Shown here piece by piece: positions 61,022 to 64,000 of a stretch of 64,000 bases of DNA. The first letter of the stretch is position 1. Each line of letters opens with the position of its first letter. Both the position numbers and the translations under genes were made by a program. Below the pieces are notes generated by a model, which was not told the DNA's origin, ran no database searches, and worked only from the letters and a program-made list of their open reading frames with translations. This DNA comes from Raja brachyura. Taxonomy: Eukaryota. The DNA lies in the NCBI GenBank assembly GCA_963514005.1, contig OY740799.1:29202001-29266000 (forward strand), written 5' to 3'.

Positions 61022-63624
61022 ATAAATTTATTGTGTGAACCACGTGTACAACTTGATCTGTTGTCGTGCTGAATTTACAATGATGTTTGATGAGTTCAAA
61101 AAGGCCTTGACACAAGCTGTGTGGGAACAGTGCTGCGCCTCCACTTCTGAAGGTCATAGCAACTTGACTTTGGCTTAAAATATTGCAGATGCAATGACTA
61201 ATATGTCTTTCAGTTTACAGAAGTCATTTAAAAGAATACAATTGTATTATGAGCACTAAGAGAGTACTCACAAGCAACCTAAGGTTACTTTGAATGTCAA
61301 ATTTTACAATGGTAGACTGCTGTAATTGTTCAATTTCTATAATAAGTACAGTAGTTTTAAAAAAAAAAATGCAGTGTTATTGCCATGAAACTTTTTTTTT
61401 CCCATCTCAACAAATGCTGGCTGACCGAAATTTTTGTCACATTTTCTGCTTTTTTAATTACCATTTTCCAGCATCGAGTGTTATGATTTTGTTCGTTAGA
61501 AATGACCAATTCTAACAGATGATTGATAGAAAAAACATATCACGCTTTCAGACTAGTTGCTTTAAGTACACATGCATTAATCTTCCTTCCTAATCACATG
61601 CATTTTGGAAAATAATTATGCACAAGGGAAATTGAATATGTCCACAGTTTGTTGTCCTTTTTCCATTTGTAAACCAGTTCTTTATCCACCGAATTTTGAA
61701 TACTTGCAATATATGTTCAAAAGTATTACGTATTGGGGTTATCATTTTGCAATATCACAAATCAGTCTATGAACTTTATAAGAACTTGTATCAAAATATT
61801 GCTCCTAAATCTTATAAATGCAGGTTAATTACATCCACACAACAAACAAGGTATCCAGGAAGGTGGGGATTTTTATGTCAAAAATAGAAACCGTGGTTGA
61901 TGGAAATGAGTTTGATATGAATATACTCTAGTATGCCAGACAATTTGTAAAACATACAATTTGTGATGTTATACATTAAGGAATATGGTAGCATACTCTC
62001 TAGGGTCATGCGTTACCCACAAGGTTATGTTTTTTGTTGGTAATTCGGTAAAATCCACCCTCCATCACCTTCCACGAAGCACGAGAAACTCTCTTAGGGA
62101 AACAGGAAAAACCACAAAGATGCTCAACACAAGAATATCACGTGCCAAGGTTGGAAGTTGTGTATCAGAACAATCGTCTTTCGAGGTAATAAAGAGCTGG
62201 AAGAATTCAGCAGATGAGCTGGGGCAGGAGTAAATCTGGGCCTTTAGAAAAATGGAAGAAAGTTGTGAGTGCCCTGAACCCTTCTCTCTGGATGAAGTGC
62301 AACACCATGTTTGTCTCCTTCAGCCTCAGCCAGCTTCAGGGAGAGAAAATGGGGTCAACAGCTAAGAGACTGAATTAATTGAAACATTTGAAAACGTGGA
62401 TGTACCCTGGGAAATTTTACCTTCCTCTATTCTTGTTTTGAAAGTACGAAGGTCAAGACAATGGATTTTTGTTCAACAGTGGCTATCAAACCTGGAACTA
62501 GAAACTTGTGAGAAAGAGAGACAAGACTAAACTTAACTATAGATTGACATTGATTCCAGTTTAGAGAAGCAAATTATGCACTGGCAATGCTAAGACACTG
62601 GCAATGTTTTCAATATAACCACAACAGCAAGCAACTTAGGTTGCCTCCTTCAATTCACAGCAGATGTGAAAGGCCTCAAGTGGTGGTCTTATTGATTGAT
62701 GTTTGCACCCTGTGATTACTCAGTGGGGCCCTGTCCTCACAGCATAAGTGAAAACTCGTAAACTGGCCTTGCAGCCCCATTGGCATTAAGGGTGCCTGTC
62801 ATTTGGTGTCCAAAACGACTGACGTAACAGCAAGTGTCTCAGCATATTGCGCTTGTTTCGGGATTGAGGCAGCTGCATTCCATTAGCTGCCAAACACTGC
62901 AAAGAGCGAATTTAAAAATTGCTTCCACTCCACTGAAAGCATAATTGTTTTTGCCAATTACAGCATTCACTGTATCAAAAGAGAAGTCTGGCACATTTGT
63001 TCAATTCATATGCAATTAAAATCAAATTAAGGGTGCTGAACAGATTTGTAGCATTTTTACTACGTCTGGCACCAGCAAAAGGTCTGTCCCTACTGCGTTA
63101 AAGCTAGTGTCAGCACCTTATTGTGATAAAGACTTACTGATAATTATCCTTACTTTCCAGGGTTGTGTTTTAACTTGCATACTTGATTGCATTTCTTTTG
63201 TGACCTATGATTGTTTAGAATGTACGGTACATGAATCGAAAAGATCTTCAACATGCTTTAGAAAAAACTCTATCAAATTCATTTGTATATCATTGAATAT
63301 AATGACATTTTCTCGACTCCAAAATTGTCCAAATGTGATTGTTATATATTGAATAGAAAAAGTAAATGAAAAGCATGGATGTGAGAAATACAATGTTTAT
63401 TGAACTGAGTGAATTGTAGTGCATGAATTATTGAGCAACAGTAACAAGAAATGCAGGCAGAAATGGAAAAGTATTGGTAACATGTTGATTTCAGATTTTG
63501 ATTCACCTATTCACAGCATGTGAATCGGTATAATTTAAATTGCGCTCCGTACCCACATGATTATTGTGGACGTGATTGTTACCTTACACCAAATCAAGCC
63601 AGGTCTTGTTCATGCCCGGTCTTG

Positions 63625-63902
63625 TTCAGGACCGAGATGAGGAAAACATTCTTTACACAGAGAGTGCTGGGTCTCTGGAATTCTCTGCCACAGAAGGTCG
63701 TTGAGGCCAGTTCATTGGCTATATTCAAGAGTGAGTTGGATTTGGCTCTTGTGGCTAAAGGGATCAGGGGGTATGGAGAGAAGGCAGGTACAGGATAGTG
63801 AGTTGGATGATCAGCCATGATCATATTGAATGGCGGTGCAGGCTCGAAGGGCCGAATGGCCTACTCCTGCACCTATTTTTCTATGTTTCTATGTTTCTAT
63901 GC
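63625..63902 (+). mobile_element. CR1/HER1 LINE 3' end
   Basis: FRTEMRKTFFTQRVLGLWNSLPQKVVEASSLAIFKSELD followed by a (TTTCTATG)n tail. Confidence 0.92.
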
Positions 63903-64000
63903 CACCTGTCCCTCTCTTCCCAATCCATGGACATTATCATCAATGCTATTCATTAATTGTTGCTTTTCAGAAATGTGTCCATTTATAACCTTTTTTTGGA

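Overview
Vertebrate non-coding DNA, very probably from a skate or ray (cartilaginous fish), judged by its repeats: HE1-type tRNA-derived SINEs, HER1/CR1 LINE 3' ends, Rex1/Babar LINE fragments, Penelope-like (GIY-YIG) elements and an RTE 3' end. I recognise no intact host protein-coding gene. The long ORFs are either retroelement remnants or chance ORFs. The window reads as a large intron or gene desert with repeat-free islands that look like conserved enhancers. Insertions I could delimit by their ends and target-site duplications (TSDs): three solo LTRs (1497-1787, 32752-33471, 46472-46911), a hAT-type element inside the FADD motif of a LINE RT (35597-36085), and a 1030-bp TIR element with a 7-bp TSD (29527-30556). 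Leads worth checking: an Ig V-domain-like relic (DSGVYYC...TTLFVG, about 60.9 kb), a minimal hammerhead ribozyme core in a Penelope end (39234-39261), a 100-bp duplication with mostly synonymous differences (24.8/25.8 kb), three small + strand exon candidates (50.7-55.2 kb) and a - strand 9-nt microexon candidate (41716-41724). Family names come from recognition by eye, not database searches. Repeat boundaries are approximate unless a TSD is quoted.
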